A stretch of DNA of 64,000 nt from Candidatus Eiseniibacteriota bacterium (lineage in GTDB: Bacteria; Eisenbacteria; RBG-16-71-46), in the NCBI GenBank assembly GCA_038231135.1, contig JBBRLX010000005.1, forward strand, positions 64,001-128,000, read 5' to 3'. The position numbers were made by a program, and so were the translations under genes. The notes under the pieces were generated by a model that saw only the letters and a program-made list of their open reading frames with translations, did no database searches and was not told the DNA's origin. Of this stretch, positions 47,027-57,400 are shown piece after piece. Every line of letters begins with the position of its first letter. Positions within the stretch are counted from its first letter, which is position 1.

Positions 47027-50000
47027 TTGAAAACCGCACGCCGCTCGCGGGCGCGCAGGCACGTTCCCGGCGCCATCGCGCTGCTGGCCCTGGGTCTGTG
47101 CCTGCCGGCCGTGGGGCTCGCCGATACCTTCTACGTCGATGGCGCGAATCCGGGCGCTTCGGATGCAAATCCCGGCACCGAGGCGCAGCCGTTCCGCACC
47201 ATCCAGGCCGCGCTCGATCTCCAGGCGCTGCCGGGCAACACGATCTACGTGAAGCCCGCGATCTATCGCGAGCTGGTCAACCTGCCGCGCTCGGGTGCTA
47301 CCAACAACCCCATCATCATCGAAGGCCTCGGCACCGGCGTGATCGTCGACGGCTCCGACAATTTCGGCACTGCCGCCCAGTGGACGCCGGTGTCGGGCGA
47401 CGTGTACCTCGCGGCCTCGGTGACGTGGAGCCCGCTGCAGGTGTTCGTCAACGGGCAGCGGCTCACGCCGTCCGTCGATGCGCCGGCGTTCATGGCGGCG
47501 AACACGTTCCGCTGGATCAGCGGCGCGGGGCTCTACGTGAACGCCGGCGGCGGCAATCCGGGCCTGCAGCAGACGCTCGTCGGGCGCCGCGCCAACGGGT
47601 TCCGGCTGTCGACCAAGGTCTGGGTCGTGATCCGCAACTTCACCGTCACGCGGTTCGAGGATCGCGGCATCTATCTGTCCAGCGGATCGGATTCCTCCAC
47701 CGTCTACGGCAACACGGTCACGTTCGGCGCGAAGTACGGCATCGCGGTCACGAACTCGGATGGCGTGACCGTCGACGGCAACGTGGTGGGCGATCACCTC
47801 GATCACGGCATCTATCTCGGCAGCGCGACCCATTGCCTGGTGCGGCGCAACGAGTCCTACCGGAACGCGCGGCCCAACCAGCGCGCCGCGAACGGCATCT
47901 ACCTGACGACCTCCACGAACAACCGCATGGAGGGCAACCGGTTGCACGACAATCAGGACACCGGACTCCACTTCCAGGACTCGAGCAACAACCTGTCGAT
48001 CCAGAACCGCTCCTACAACAACGGCGACCACGGGTACGACCACCTCGGGACTTCGGGCGTCGTGCACATCAACGACACGGCTTACGGCAATTTCAAGGAC
48101 GGGTTCTCGATCGAAGGGAATTCACCCGGCAACACGATCTACAACTGCATCGCGATCAACAACGGCCTCACCACCAACGAATTCGACCTGTGGGTGGACC
48201 CGGCCTCGAGCGTGAACTTCACCGGCGACTACAACGTGTTCTGGAACTCCACGAGCCAGGTGCCCGTGAAGTACGTGGCCACCCAGTATTCGACGGTCGC
48301 CGCGTATTCGTCCGTGTCGGGGCAGGACGTGCACTCGCTGCAGGTGAACCCGATGTTCGCCGACCCCGCAAATGGCGATTACCACCTGCTCGGCGGCTCG
48401 CCCGCGATCGACTGCGCGAACTCGTCGGTGCCGAACTGGCCCGTGACCGACGCCGAGGGCACCACCCGCCGCGACGACCCGTCGACGACGAACACCGGTG
48501 TCGGGCCGGTCACCTATGGCGACCGGGGCGCCCTCGAGTTCATCCCTCCGGGCGGCTCGGGCGATCAGGCGCCCGTGATCCTGGCGCCGGTCACCGCGAA
48601 CGGCGCGGAGAGCGGCATCGTCACCGTGAACGTCACCGCGAGCGATCCGGACGGCCAGCTGATCAACAGCCTGACCGCGAGCCTGACCGGCCTGCCCGCG
48701 GGGAGCAACGCCGTGTTCACCACGAATGCCACTCAGACCGCGGGCACGCTGACCTGGACGCCCACGTTCGCCGACGGCCGCGCCGCGCCGTACGTGGTGT
48801 CGTTCACGGCCTCGAACGCGCTGTCCGCAACGGCCTCGACCTCGATCACGGTCGCCAACGTGGACCGCCCGCCCGTGGTCACGACCCAGCACCAGAAGGC
48901 GGGCAGCGAGAACAGTCCAATCACGATCAACGTGACCGCGGTCGATCCCGACCTCGACGCGATCACGTCGCTGACCGCCGACGTGTCGGCGTTGCCGGCG
49001 GGGAACAACGCGGTGTTCACACCCAACGCCAACAAGAACGCGGGCACGTTCATCTGGACTCCGACGTTCGCGGATTCGGGCGGGCCCTGGCGCGTCGTGT
49101 TCGTGGGCTCGAACGCGCTGACCGGACGCGACACGTCGCTGATCACCGTGGCGAACGTCGATCGCGCGCCGGTGGTAACCGCGCCCGCGACGCAGACCAC
49201 GGCTGAGAACTCCACGCTCACATTCAGCATCACCGCGGTCGATCCCGACGGTGATCCGATCTCGAGCCTGACCGCGTCCGGGCTGCCGGCCGGCGCCACG
49301 TTCACGGCGGACCCGGGCAAGGCCAGCGGCACGTTCGCGTGGACGCCGACGTTCAACGACGGCGGCGGTCCCTACAACGTGTCGTTCAGCGCCACGAACG
49401 TGCTCGTGGGCACCAGCGTGACTGCGGTCACCGTCACGAACGTCGATCGCCCGCCGGTCGTCACGGCGCCGGCGCAGGCGGCCGCGACCGAAGGCCAGCC
49501 GCTGTCGGTGGCCGTCACGGCCACCGATCCCGACGGGCAGACGATCCTGTCGCTGACCGCGACCGGCCTGCCGCCCGGCGCGACGTTCACGCCGAACGGT
49601 TCGCGCACCGCGGGCGTGCTCGACTGGACGCCGGGATTCGACGCCGCTCCCGGTCCCGACACCGTGCGGTTCGTGGCGACGAATTCGCTGAGCGGCTCGG
49701 CCGCCACCGCGATCGTGATCGCGAACGTCGACCGTGCGCCGGTGGTCACGGCCGCGACCTCCGTCATGGCGTCGGTGGGGCAGCAGCTCGTGCTGACGAT
49801 CTCGGCCGCGGATCCCGACGGCGAGGCGATCGCCTCGCTCACCGCGAACCTGGCGTCGCTGCCCGCCGGCGACGCCAGCTTCACCCCGAATCCGTCCAAC
49901 ACCGGGGGCACGCTGCGCTGGACGCCGCAGGCGGCCGACGCGGCGGGCGGCCCGTATTCGGTGACGTTCACAGCGCAGAACGCGCGCACGGGCACGGCCT

Positions 50001-53000
50001 CGACCACGATCGCCGTGGACCGCCCGCCGGTCGTAATCGCCCCCGCCACCGCGAACGCCACCGAGAATGCCCTGCTGACGTTCACGGTGACCGCCAGCGA
50101 TCCCGACGGCCAGCCGATCACGGCGCTCACGGCGTCCGGCCTGCCGGCCGGCGCGACATTCGTGCCTGATGGCACCAACACTTCGGGCACGTTCATGTGG
50201 ACGCCGCCGTTCAGCGCGGCCCCCGGGCCCTACGCGATCACGTTCACCGCCCAGAATGGGGTGCCGGGATCGGCGACCACGTCGGTGTCGGTGGCGAACG
50301 TGGACCGGGCGCCGGTCGTGACCGCGCCGGCGACCGCGCAAATCTCCGACGGCAGTCTCGTTACTGTGGCCGTTACGGCGGCGGATCCGGATGGCGACGT
50401 GATCACGGCGCTGACCGCTGACGTGTCGGCGATCCCAGGCGGCAACAAGCCCACGTTCGTCCCCAACGGCACGAACACCGCGGGCATGCTCACCTGGACG
50501 CCGCAGGCGGGCCAGTCGGCGGCCGGCCCGTACACGATCACGTTCACGGCGCAGAATGCGCTCGGCGGGACCGCCACCACGCAGCTCACCGGCGATCGCT
50601 CGCCGATCGTGACGGCGCCCGCGAGCCAGCCCGCCACCGAGAACACGCCGGTCACGTTCACGGTGACGGTCGTGGATCCCGACGGCCAGGCGATCAAGTC
50701 GCTCGCCGCCACCGGGCTGCCCGCCGGCGCGACGTTCACGCCCGACGGCACGAACACCAGCGGCACGTTCGCGTGGACGCCCGGTTTCACCGCGGCGCCG
50801 GGGCCCTACCTGGTGACGTTCACCGCCTCGAACACGCGCTCGGGGTCGGCGACCACGTCGATCCCGGTGACGAACGTGGATCGCGCGCCGGTGGTGGTGG
50901 CGCCCGCCTCGCGGACGTTCGCGGTGGGGGCGCCGTCCAGCTTCACGGTCATGGCCGCGGATTCCGACGGCGACGCGATCGCGTCGCTGACCGCGTCCGG
51001 CCTGCCGCCGGGCGCCACGTTCACCGCGCCCGGTGCGCACACCACCGGCACGTTCACGTGGACGCCCGCGCTCGCCGACGCGCCGGGTCCCTACACGATC
51101 ACGTTCACCGCCGCGAACGCCGCGAGCGGCAGCGCGAGTACCACCGTGACCGTCGACCGGCCGCCGGTGGTGACGGCCCCCCCGACCCAATCGGTGAACG
51201 AGAACGCCCCATTGAGCTTCGGTGTCACCGCGGCCGATCCCGACGGGCAGCCGATCGGCTCGCTCGTGGCGACCGGGCTGCCGCCGGGCGCCACGTTCAC
51301 GCCCAACGGAGCCAACACCGCGGGCACGTTCCAGTGGACGCCGGGGTTCGATGCGGCGCCCGGGCCCTATGTCGTGACGTTCACCGCCGCGAACGGCACG
51401 AGCGGCTCCGCCGGCACCAGCATCGCGGTGCACAACGTGGACCGCGCGCCGCAGCTATTGGTCGCGGGCGCCGTGTCGATCAACGAGTCGCAGCCGCTCT
51501 CGCTGGTCGTGAACGTCGCGGACCCCGACGGCGACGCCGTGAACTCGCTGACCGCGGACCTGTCCGCGCTGCCGGTCGGGAACAACGCACAGTTCACCGT
51601 GAACGCGTCGCGCACGCAGGGAACGCTGACGTGGACGCCGACACCCAACGACGGTCGGGCGGCGCCCTACGTCGTGAGCTTCACCGCGTCGAACGCGCTG
51701 CCCGCCACCTCGTCCACGTCGATCACGGTCGTGGACCAGATCAGCAACCTGTGTCCGAACCCGTCGTTCGAGTCCGGCACCACGAACTGGAACGCCTACG
51801 GCGGCGGCACGTTCACGCGCGTCGCGGGCGGGCAGGAGGGGGCGTTCGCGCTGCAGGTGAAGGGGCCGGCGGGGACCGCGACGTTCGGAGCGAACGATTC
51901 GCCGAACTTCATCTCGAACGCCACCGGCGGCACGCGCTATCGCTACACCGCGTGGGTGCGATCGGTGTCGAACACCGGCCAGGCCCGGCTGCGCATCCGT
52001 GAATACACGCCAACGGGAGTCCAGGCCGGCACCGCGATGTCGGCGCCGCTCACCCTGTCGCCGGCGTGGGACGTGCTCACGCTCGACTACGTGGCCGCCG
52101 GCAGCGGCAACACGCTGGACTTCCAGGTGCTCGACAACATCCCGGTCGCGAGCGCCGAGACCTTCCTGCTCGACAACGTGACGGTGTTCGTCGCGACCAG
52201 TTCGAGCCCGCCCGTCGTCACGGCGCCGGCGACGGTGACCGCGAGCGAGAACGCGCCGCTCACCGTCACCGTCACGGCCGCGGACCCCGACGGCGAGCCC
52301 ATCAACACGCTCACCGCCAATCTCTCCAGCCTCCCCGCCGGCAACAACGCGGTGTTCACGACGAACGGTTCCCACACGGTGGGCACGCTCACCTGGACGC
52401 CCACGTTCTCGGATGCGCCGGGCTCCTACGCGGTCATGTTCACGGCCGCGAACACCCAGTCGTCGAGCACCGGAACGACGATCACCGTTCAGAACGTCGA
52501 TCGGGCGCCGGTCGTGACGGCGCCGGGCGCCCGTGCGGGCGTCGTGGGGCAGCCGATCAGCATAGCGGTGACGGCGGCGGATCCCGACGGCGACGCGATC
52601 GGGACGTTCACGGCCTCGGGCTTGCCGGCGACGGCCACGTTCACTCCGGGTGGCGGCAACACCTCGGGCACGTTCCAGTGGACGCCCGCGGCTGCGGACA
52701 CCGGGACCCGCACGGTCACGTTCACGGCGCAGAACGCGCTGCCGGGCAGCGCGTCCACGGTGATCACTATCGGGACCAGCGATCACCCGCCGGTCGTCGT
52801 GGCGCCGGCATCGAAGACCGTGGCCGAGAACGCGCCGCTGAGCTTCAGCGTGACCGCCTCCGATCCCGACGGGCAGCCGATTGCGTCGCTGACCGCGACC
52901 GGTCTGCCCCCGGGTGCCACGTTCAGCGACGACGCCACGCATACCACGGGCACGTTCGGCTGGACGCCCGGCTTCACCGCGGCGCCGGGTCCCTACAACG

Positions 53001-54211
53001 TCACGTTCACGGCCGCGAACGCGCTGAGCGGCTCGGCGGCCACCAGCATCACGGTGACGAACGTCGATCGCGCGCCGGTGCCCGTCGCGGCGGCTACCGT
53101 CCACGCGATCGCCGGTCAGCCGGTGTCGGTCGGGGTCACCGCCTCCGATCCCGACGGCGACGCGATCGCGTCGCTGACCGCGGCGCTCGGCAACCTGCCG
53201 GCGGGGAACAACGCCGTGTTCACTCCCGGAGCCGCGAACGCCACCGGCACGCTCACCTGGACGCCGGCCGCTGCCGACGTGCGGGCTGCCGCCTACAACG
53301 TAACGTTCACCGCCACGAACGGGCTCAGCGGCACCGCGACCACGGGCATCATCGTGGACTCCGGCGTGCCCACGAACCTGTGCTCGAATCCGGGCTTCGA
53401 GACGAACCTCACGGGCTGGGGACCGAACGGTGGCTCCGTCGTCAGCCGGGTCGCGGGCGGGCAGACGGGCGGTTTCGCGTGCCAGGTGACCGGCCCCGCG
53501 AGCACCGTGCAGTTCGGGCTCAACGACAGTCCCAATATCATGCCGAACACGGCCGCCGGCCGCCGCTACCGCTACACGGTGTCGGTGCGCTCGGCGTCGA
53601 ACACCGGACTGATCCGGCTACGGTTCCGCGAGTACACCAGCTCCGGCGCGCAGGTCGGCGCCACGGTCCAATCGGCGGGGATCACGCTCACGTCTGCCTG
53701 GCAGACCACGACGATGGACTACGTCGCCGTGGGATCGGGGAATACGCTCGACTTCCAGGTGTTCGACTCGCCGCTCGTCGCGGGCGAGACCTACCTCGTG
53801 GACGATGTCTCGGTGACGGCGGTGAGCGGGCTCGTGGCGGCGGGGGAAGAGGGCGTTTTGCCCGCTGGCACCGACGGTCGCTCCCGTGCGCCGGATTCCT
53901 CGAGCGCGATTTTCGAGGCTCGCGGCACGGCAGCGAGGCTGTCGCTCGCGGTGGTTCCCAACCCCGCGCGTGCGAATGCCACGTTGTGGCTGTCGCTACC
54001 GGTGGAGAGTCCGGTTCGCATCGATGTGTTCGACGCGAGCGGGCGCCTGGTGCGGGCACTCGTCGATGATCCGCGTATCTCGCCGGGAGTGCATGAGTTC
54101 GCATTCGACCGACGTGACAACGCAGGATTGATATTGCCCGCGGGAAGTTATTTTTACCGTGTGCGAACCGTGCACGGAAACGTTACGGGACGTTTCGCAA
54201 TCGTTAATTAG
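47027..54211 (+). CDS. Giant secreted protein: beta-helix, 15 Ig-like repeats, two CBM4/9-like domains, T9SS/FlgD-like C-terminal domain
   Basis: Beta-helix paralogous to the previous gene (NRLHDNQDTGL, YGNFKDGFSIEGNSP, NGLTTNEFD.WVDP); CBM-like NLCPNPSFE and NLCSNPGFE..VDDVSV. TTG start inferred from the signal peptide. Confidence 0.88.
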   Translation: MKTARRSRARRHVPGAIALLALGLCLPAVGLADTFYVDGANPGASDANPGTEAQPFRTIQAALDLQALPGNTIYVKPAIYRELVNLPRSGATNNPIIIEGLGTGVIVDGSDNFGTAAQWTPVSGDVYLAASVTWSPLQVFVNGQRLTPSVDAPAFMAANTFRWISGAGLYVNAGGGNPGLQQTLVGRRANGFRLSTKVWVVIRNFTVTRFEDRGIYLSSGSDSSTVYGNTVTFGAKYGIAVTNSDGVTVDGNVVGDHLDHGIYLGSATHCLVRRNESYRNARPNQRAANGIYLTTSTNNRMEGNRLHDNQDTGLHFQDSSNNLSIQNRSYNNGDHGYDHLGTSGVVHINDTAYGNFKDGFSIEGNSPGNTIYNCIAINNGLTTNEFDLWVDPASSVNFTGDYNVFWNSTSQVPVKYVATQYSTVAAYSSVSGQDVHSLQVNPMFADPANGDYHLLGGSPAIDCANSSVPNWPVTDAEGTTRRDDPSTTNTGVGPVTYGDRGALEFIPPGGSGDQAPVILAPVTANGAESGIVTVNVTASDPDGQLINSLTASLTGLPAGSNAVFTTNATQTAGTLTWTPTFADGRAAPYVVSFTASNALSATASTSITVANVDRPPVVTTQHQKAGSENSPITINVTAVDPDLDAITSLTADVSALPAGNNAVFTPNANKNAGTFIWTPTFADSGGPWRVVFVGSNALTGRDTSLITVANVDRAPVVTAPATQTTAENSTLTFSITAVDPDGDPISSLTASGLPAGATFTADPGKASGTFAWTPTFNDGGGPYNVSFSATNVLVGTSVTAVTVTNVDRPPVVTAPAQAAATEGQPLSVAVTATDPDGQTILSLTATGLPPGATFTPNGSRTAGVLDWTPGFDAAPGPDTVRFVATNSLSGSAATAIVIANVDRAPVVTAATSVMASVGQQLVLTISAADPDGEAIASLTANLASLPAGDASFTPNPSNTGGTLRWTPQAADAAGGPYSVTFTAQNARTGTASTTIAVDRPPVVIAPATANATENALLTFTVTASDPDGQPITALTASGLPAGATFVPDGTNTSGTFMWTPPFSAAPGPYAITFTAQNGVPGSATTSVSVANVDRAPVVTAPATAQISDGSLVTVAVTAADPDGDVITALTADVSAIPGGNKPTFVPNGTNTAGMLTWTPQAGQSAAGPYTITFTAQNALGGTATTQLTGDRSPIVTAPASQPATENTPVTFTVTVVDPDGQAIKSLAATGLPAGATFTPDGTNTSGTFAWTPGFTAAPGPYLVTFTASNTRSGSATTSIPVTNVDRAPVVVAPASRTFAVGAPSSFTVMAADSDGDAIASLTASGLPPGATFTAPGAHTTGTFTWTPALADAPGPYTITFTAANAASGSASTTVTVDRPPVVTAPPTQSVNENAPLSFGVTAADPDGQPIGSLVATGLPPGATFTPNGANTAGTFQWTPGFDAAPGPYVVTFTAANGTSGSAGTSIAVHNVDRAPQLLVAGAVSINESQPLSLVVNVADPDGDAVNSLTADLSALPVGNNAQFTVNASRTQGTLTWTPTPNDGRAAPYVVSFTASNALPATSSTSITVVDQISNLCPNPSFESGTTNWNAYGGGTFTRVAGGQEGAFALQVKGPAGTATFGANDSPNFISNATGGTRYRYTAWVRSVSNTGQARLRIREYTPTGVQAGTAMSAPLTLSPAWDVLTLDYVAAGSGNTLDFQVLDNIPVASAETFLLDNVTVFVATSSSPPVVTAPATVTASENAPLTVTVTAADPDGEPINTLTANLSSLPAGNNAVFTTNGSHTVGTLTWTPTFSDAPGSYAVMFTAANTQSSSTGTTITVQNVDRAPVVTAPGARAGVVGQPISIAVTAADPDGDAIGTFTASGLPATATFTPGGGNTSGTFQWTPAAADTGTRTVTFTAQNALPGSASTVITIGTSDHPPVVVAPASKTVAENAPLSFSVTASDPDGQPIASLTATGLPPGATFSDDATHTTGTFGWTPGFTAAPGPYNVTFTAANALSGSAATSITVTNVDRAPVPVAAATVHAIAGQPVSVGVTASDPDGDAIASLTAALGNLPAGNNAVFTPGAANATGTLTWTPAAADVRAAAYNVTFTATNGLSGTATTGIIVDSGVPTNLCSNPGFETNLTGWGPNGGSVVSRVAGGQTGGFACQVTGPASTVQFGLNDSPNIMPNTAAGRRYRYTVSVRSASNTGLIRLRFREYTSSGAQVGATVQSAGITLTSAWQTTTMDYVAVGSGNTLDFQVFDSPLVAGETYLVDDVSVTAVSGLVAAGEEGVLPAGTDGRSRAPDSSSAIFEARGTAARLSLAVVPNPARANATLWLSLPVESPVRIDVFDASGRLVRALVDDPRISPGVHEFAFDRRDNAGLILPAGSYFYRVRTVHGNVTGRFAIVN

Positions 54212-54219
54212 TGGCCCGT

Positions 54220-54240
54220 CGGACTCTTCGAGTCCGTGTT
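54220..54240 (+). terminator. Putative hairpin after the stop codon
   Basis: CGGACTC-TTC-GAGTCCG followed by TGTT. Confidence 0.4.
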
Positions 54241-54415
54241 GCGACGCGTTTGTTCTTGACCCGACGCGTGGCGCAAACGACCATCTCCCGGCACTGCGTT
54301 TTGCGCGTTCATCCCCCCGCGTGTGCGGCCGATCACAACAACTGGACAGATGATCAACGTTCCGTGGCTGATGCTCTTCCCCCCGCCCCGGACCCTAGGG
54401 AAGGTCGGTCCGTTC

Positions 54416-57400
54416 ATGCCGGGATTGCTTCGCCTGGCGGGCGCGCTCGTGCTCGCTGTGACGATCGTAAGTACTGCGGGTGCAGGTACATACTGGGTTG
54501 ACGGGGCCAACCCTCTGGCCTCGAATTCGAATCCGGGCACCCTGCTCGCACCCTACAAGACGATCGACGGCGCCCTGTCCGCCCGCGCGGGATCCGGCAC
54601 CACGATCAACGTGAAGCCCGGAATCTACCGCGAGCAGGTCGAACCGCAGGCAGGAGGCAGCTCGAGCGCCTCCCTGTTGATCCACGCCACCGGCGGCACC
54701 GTAGTGGTCGACGGAGCGGATGACTTCGGCAGGACGTCCGCCTGGGTCCTCTACTCGGGTGACGTGTGGCTGGCCCCGACGGTGACGTGGTCGCCCAAGC
54801 AGGTGTTCCTCGACGGCGGGCGACTCGCCGCATCGACCGCCGCTGTTGCGTCGCTGCCCGTGCGGTCGTTCCGGTACGTTTCGGGCCAGGGGCTCTATGT
54901 GCAGGCGGGCGGCGGCAGCCCGGGCGCGCACGCGCTGCTAGTCGGACGCCGCGCCTACGGGTTCCGCGTGCAGGGCAAACCGTGGATCACGATCGAAGGG
55001 TTCACGGTATCCCACGCCGAGGACAGCGGCATCTACGCGGTGAGCGGAGCGGCGAACGACGTGATGCGCTCGGACACGCTGCTGTACAACGCGCGCTACG
55101 GGGCCTCGGTGTCGACGTCCGAGCACGTGACGATCGGCCCCGGGCTCGCGCTCGGCAACGGCGAGCACGGCGTGCATATCTCGGACGTGTCGAGCGGCAC
55201 GGTGCAGGACTTCGAGTCCGCCTCGAACGGCTTGGCGAGCGGACCCGACGCCGCCGGAATCTGCCTGTACACGGCGGCCAACATCATCGTCCAGCGCTGC
55301 CGGGTCCATCACAACGTCGACGAGGGCATGTTCTACCAGTCGCAATCGAACGCCGTGCAGTCGCTGCAGAATCGCTCGTGGGCGAACGGCGGGGACGGGT
55401 TCTCTCACATCACGTCGAGCGGCACGAAGCACGTCGGCGACGTGTCGTGGGCGAACGGTGGCCGCGGATTCTCGTACCAGGGCTCGACCGGCGCCCAGAT
55501 GTACGACTGCATCGGTGGCGTCGACAAGGGCACGGACCTGTGGGTCGACATCGACTCCCTGGACGGCTTCGGATCCAGCGACAACCTGTGGTGGAACCCG
55601 ACCGCCTCGACGATTGTGACCTGGGGCTACAAGAACTACGGGAGGGTCTCGGACTTCAGCCACTCCACGGGCCTCGAGGCCCGCTCGATCCAGGACGACC
55701 CGTACTTCGTGGACGACCTCGCGGGCGACTTCCGGCTCGCCGAGGGCTCGCCGGCGATCGATTCGGGCAACTCGTCGGTGCTGGGATGGCCCGCGACGGA
55801 CGCGGCGGGGCAGGCGCGCGTCGATGACGCCGGCACCGCCAATTCCGGCCGGGGGCTATCGCTGTTCGCCGATCGCGGCGCGCTCGAATTCGCGCCGGCC
55901 GGCACGCCGCCCGTGGTCCGGCTGGCGCTGTCGCCGGTCGCCGGCCCTCCGCCACTGCTCGTGACCGCCGATGCCTCGGGCACGACGGATCCCGACGGGT
56001 CGATCGTGTCCTACCGGTTCGACCTCGGCGACGGAACACGGACCGCGGCGCAGAGCTCACCCGTAACTTCGCGCTCCTACGGCGAGGGCAACTGGCGCAT
56101 CACGGTTCGCGCCACCGACAACAAGGGCACGGTGTCGGCCCGTAGCGCAGCGGTGCTGGCCACGCTCCCGCCGGTGGCGGCACTGGTCGCGACCGCCAAT
56201 GGCTCCAAGGAACCGCTGCTCGAGACGTTCGACGCCTCGGGCAGCAGCGACGCCGATGGTCGCGCGGCGGCGTATCAGTTCGCCTACGGCGACGGCAGCG
56301 CGTCGTCCGTGCAGGCGTCCCCGTACTCGAGCCATGTCTACAAGATGGGAACGTGGACCGTGACGGTGACCGTCACCGACAACCTCGGCGCCACGTCCAC
56401 CGCCTCCACGATCATCACCGTGAATCCGCCGAACTTAGCGCCCCTGGCACTGCTGCGCCTGATCGCGCCGTACTCGACCGGATTCCGCACGATCCCGACC
56501 AGCGCCTCCAAGGTGTTCCCGGAGGCCGTGGTGTCGAAGCCGGCCTACCTGGTGCCGGCCGTCGACGCCACGTTCGGCACCACGGTGACGCGCATCACGG
56601 GCAATACCGGCACCGCGGTCAATACCGCGCTCGGCCCGGGTAGCTGGAGCATCGACGCCCGGCAGCACTACGCGAAGGACGAGCCGTGGAACTCGGACGG
56701 CACGCTGATCTCGATCGACAACGACGGCGGCTCTCCGACCCGGATCTACCTCGATGCCGAGACCTACAAGGTGCGCCGGGAGATCTGCGGCGAGCACCGG
56801 TTCGGCGACGACCGCTGGCATCCGAGCCTCGCGCACCCGCACGAGCGCATCAGCTGCAGCGGCGACGAGCTGGCGTGGATCGACGTGGTGAGCTGCGTCA
56901 AGACCCGATCGTGGCCGATGCCGTTCCTCGTCAACGGCATCGGCGCTTCCGAAGGCAATCCCAGCGACGACGGCCGGTACGTGGCGCTGTTCGACAACAC
57001 CCGGGTGTTCGTGGTCGACATGGATCCGCAGGCCCCGCTCGCGCTGTATCCCAATTCGCGCATCGGCCCGGCGTTCCCCCTGACGAACTGCGGCCTGTCG
57101 GACTGCAGCGTCGACTGGGTGTCGATTTCCCCATCGGGCAAATACGTCGTGATCAAGTACATCGGCGAGCACATGCGGGTGCTCGACGTCGACCCGGCGA
57201 CGCTGGCGCTCAGCCCGCGCGTGATGCCGGCGTCGTCCCCGCGCTGCTACGGCACCGCGGCGCAGGGTTACGTGTACGACCTCGGCCATCTCGACATGGC
57301 GCGGAATCCGTTCGACAACAACGAGGACGTGATGGTCGGCCAGGAGCACTGTTCGAATCGCGGCCTGGTGTTCAACGGCCAGCTCATGGGCGGCGTCACG

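Noticed and set aside
42080..53360. Recurrent DNA repeats with a period of about 270-300 bp
   Set aside because: They are in-frame, diverged Ig-domain repeats. There is no fixed repeat-spacer pattern and no cas gene, so this is not CRISPR.
54289..54304. Sigma54-like CGGCAC...TTGC before the third giant gene
   Set aside because: The GG-to-GC spacing is 11 nt, not the required 10.
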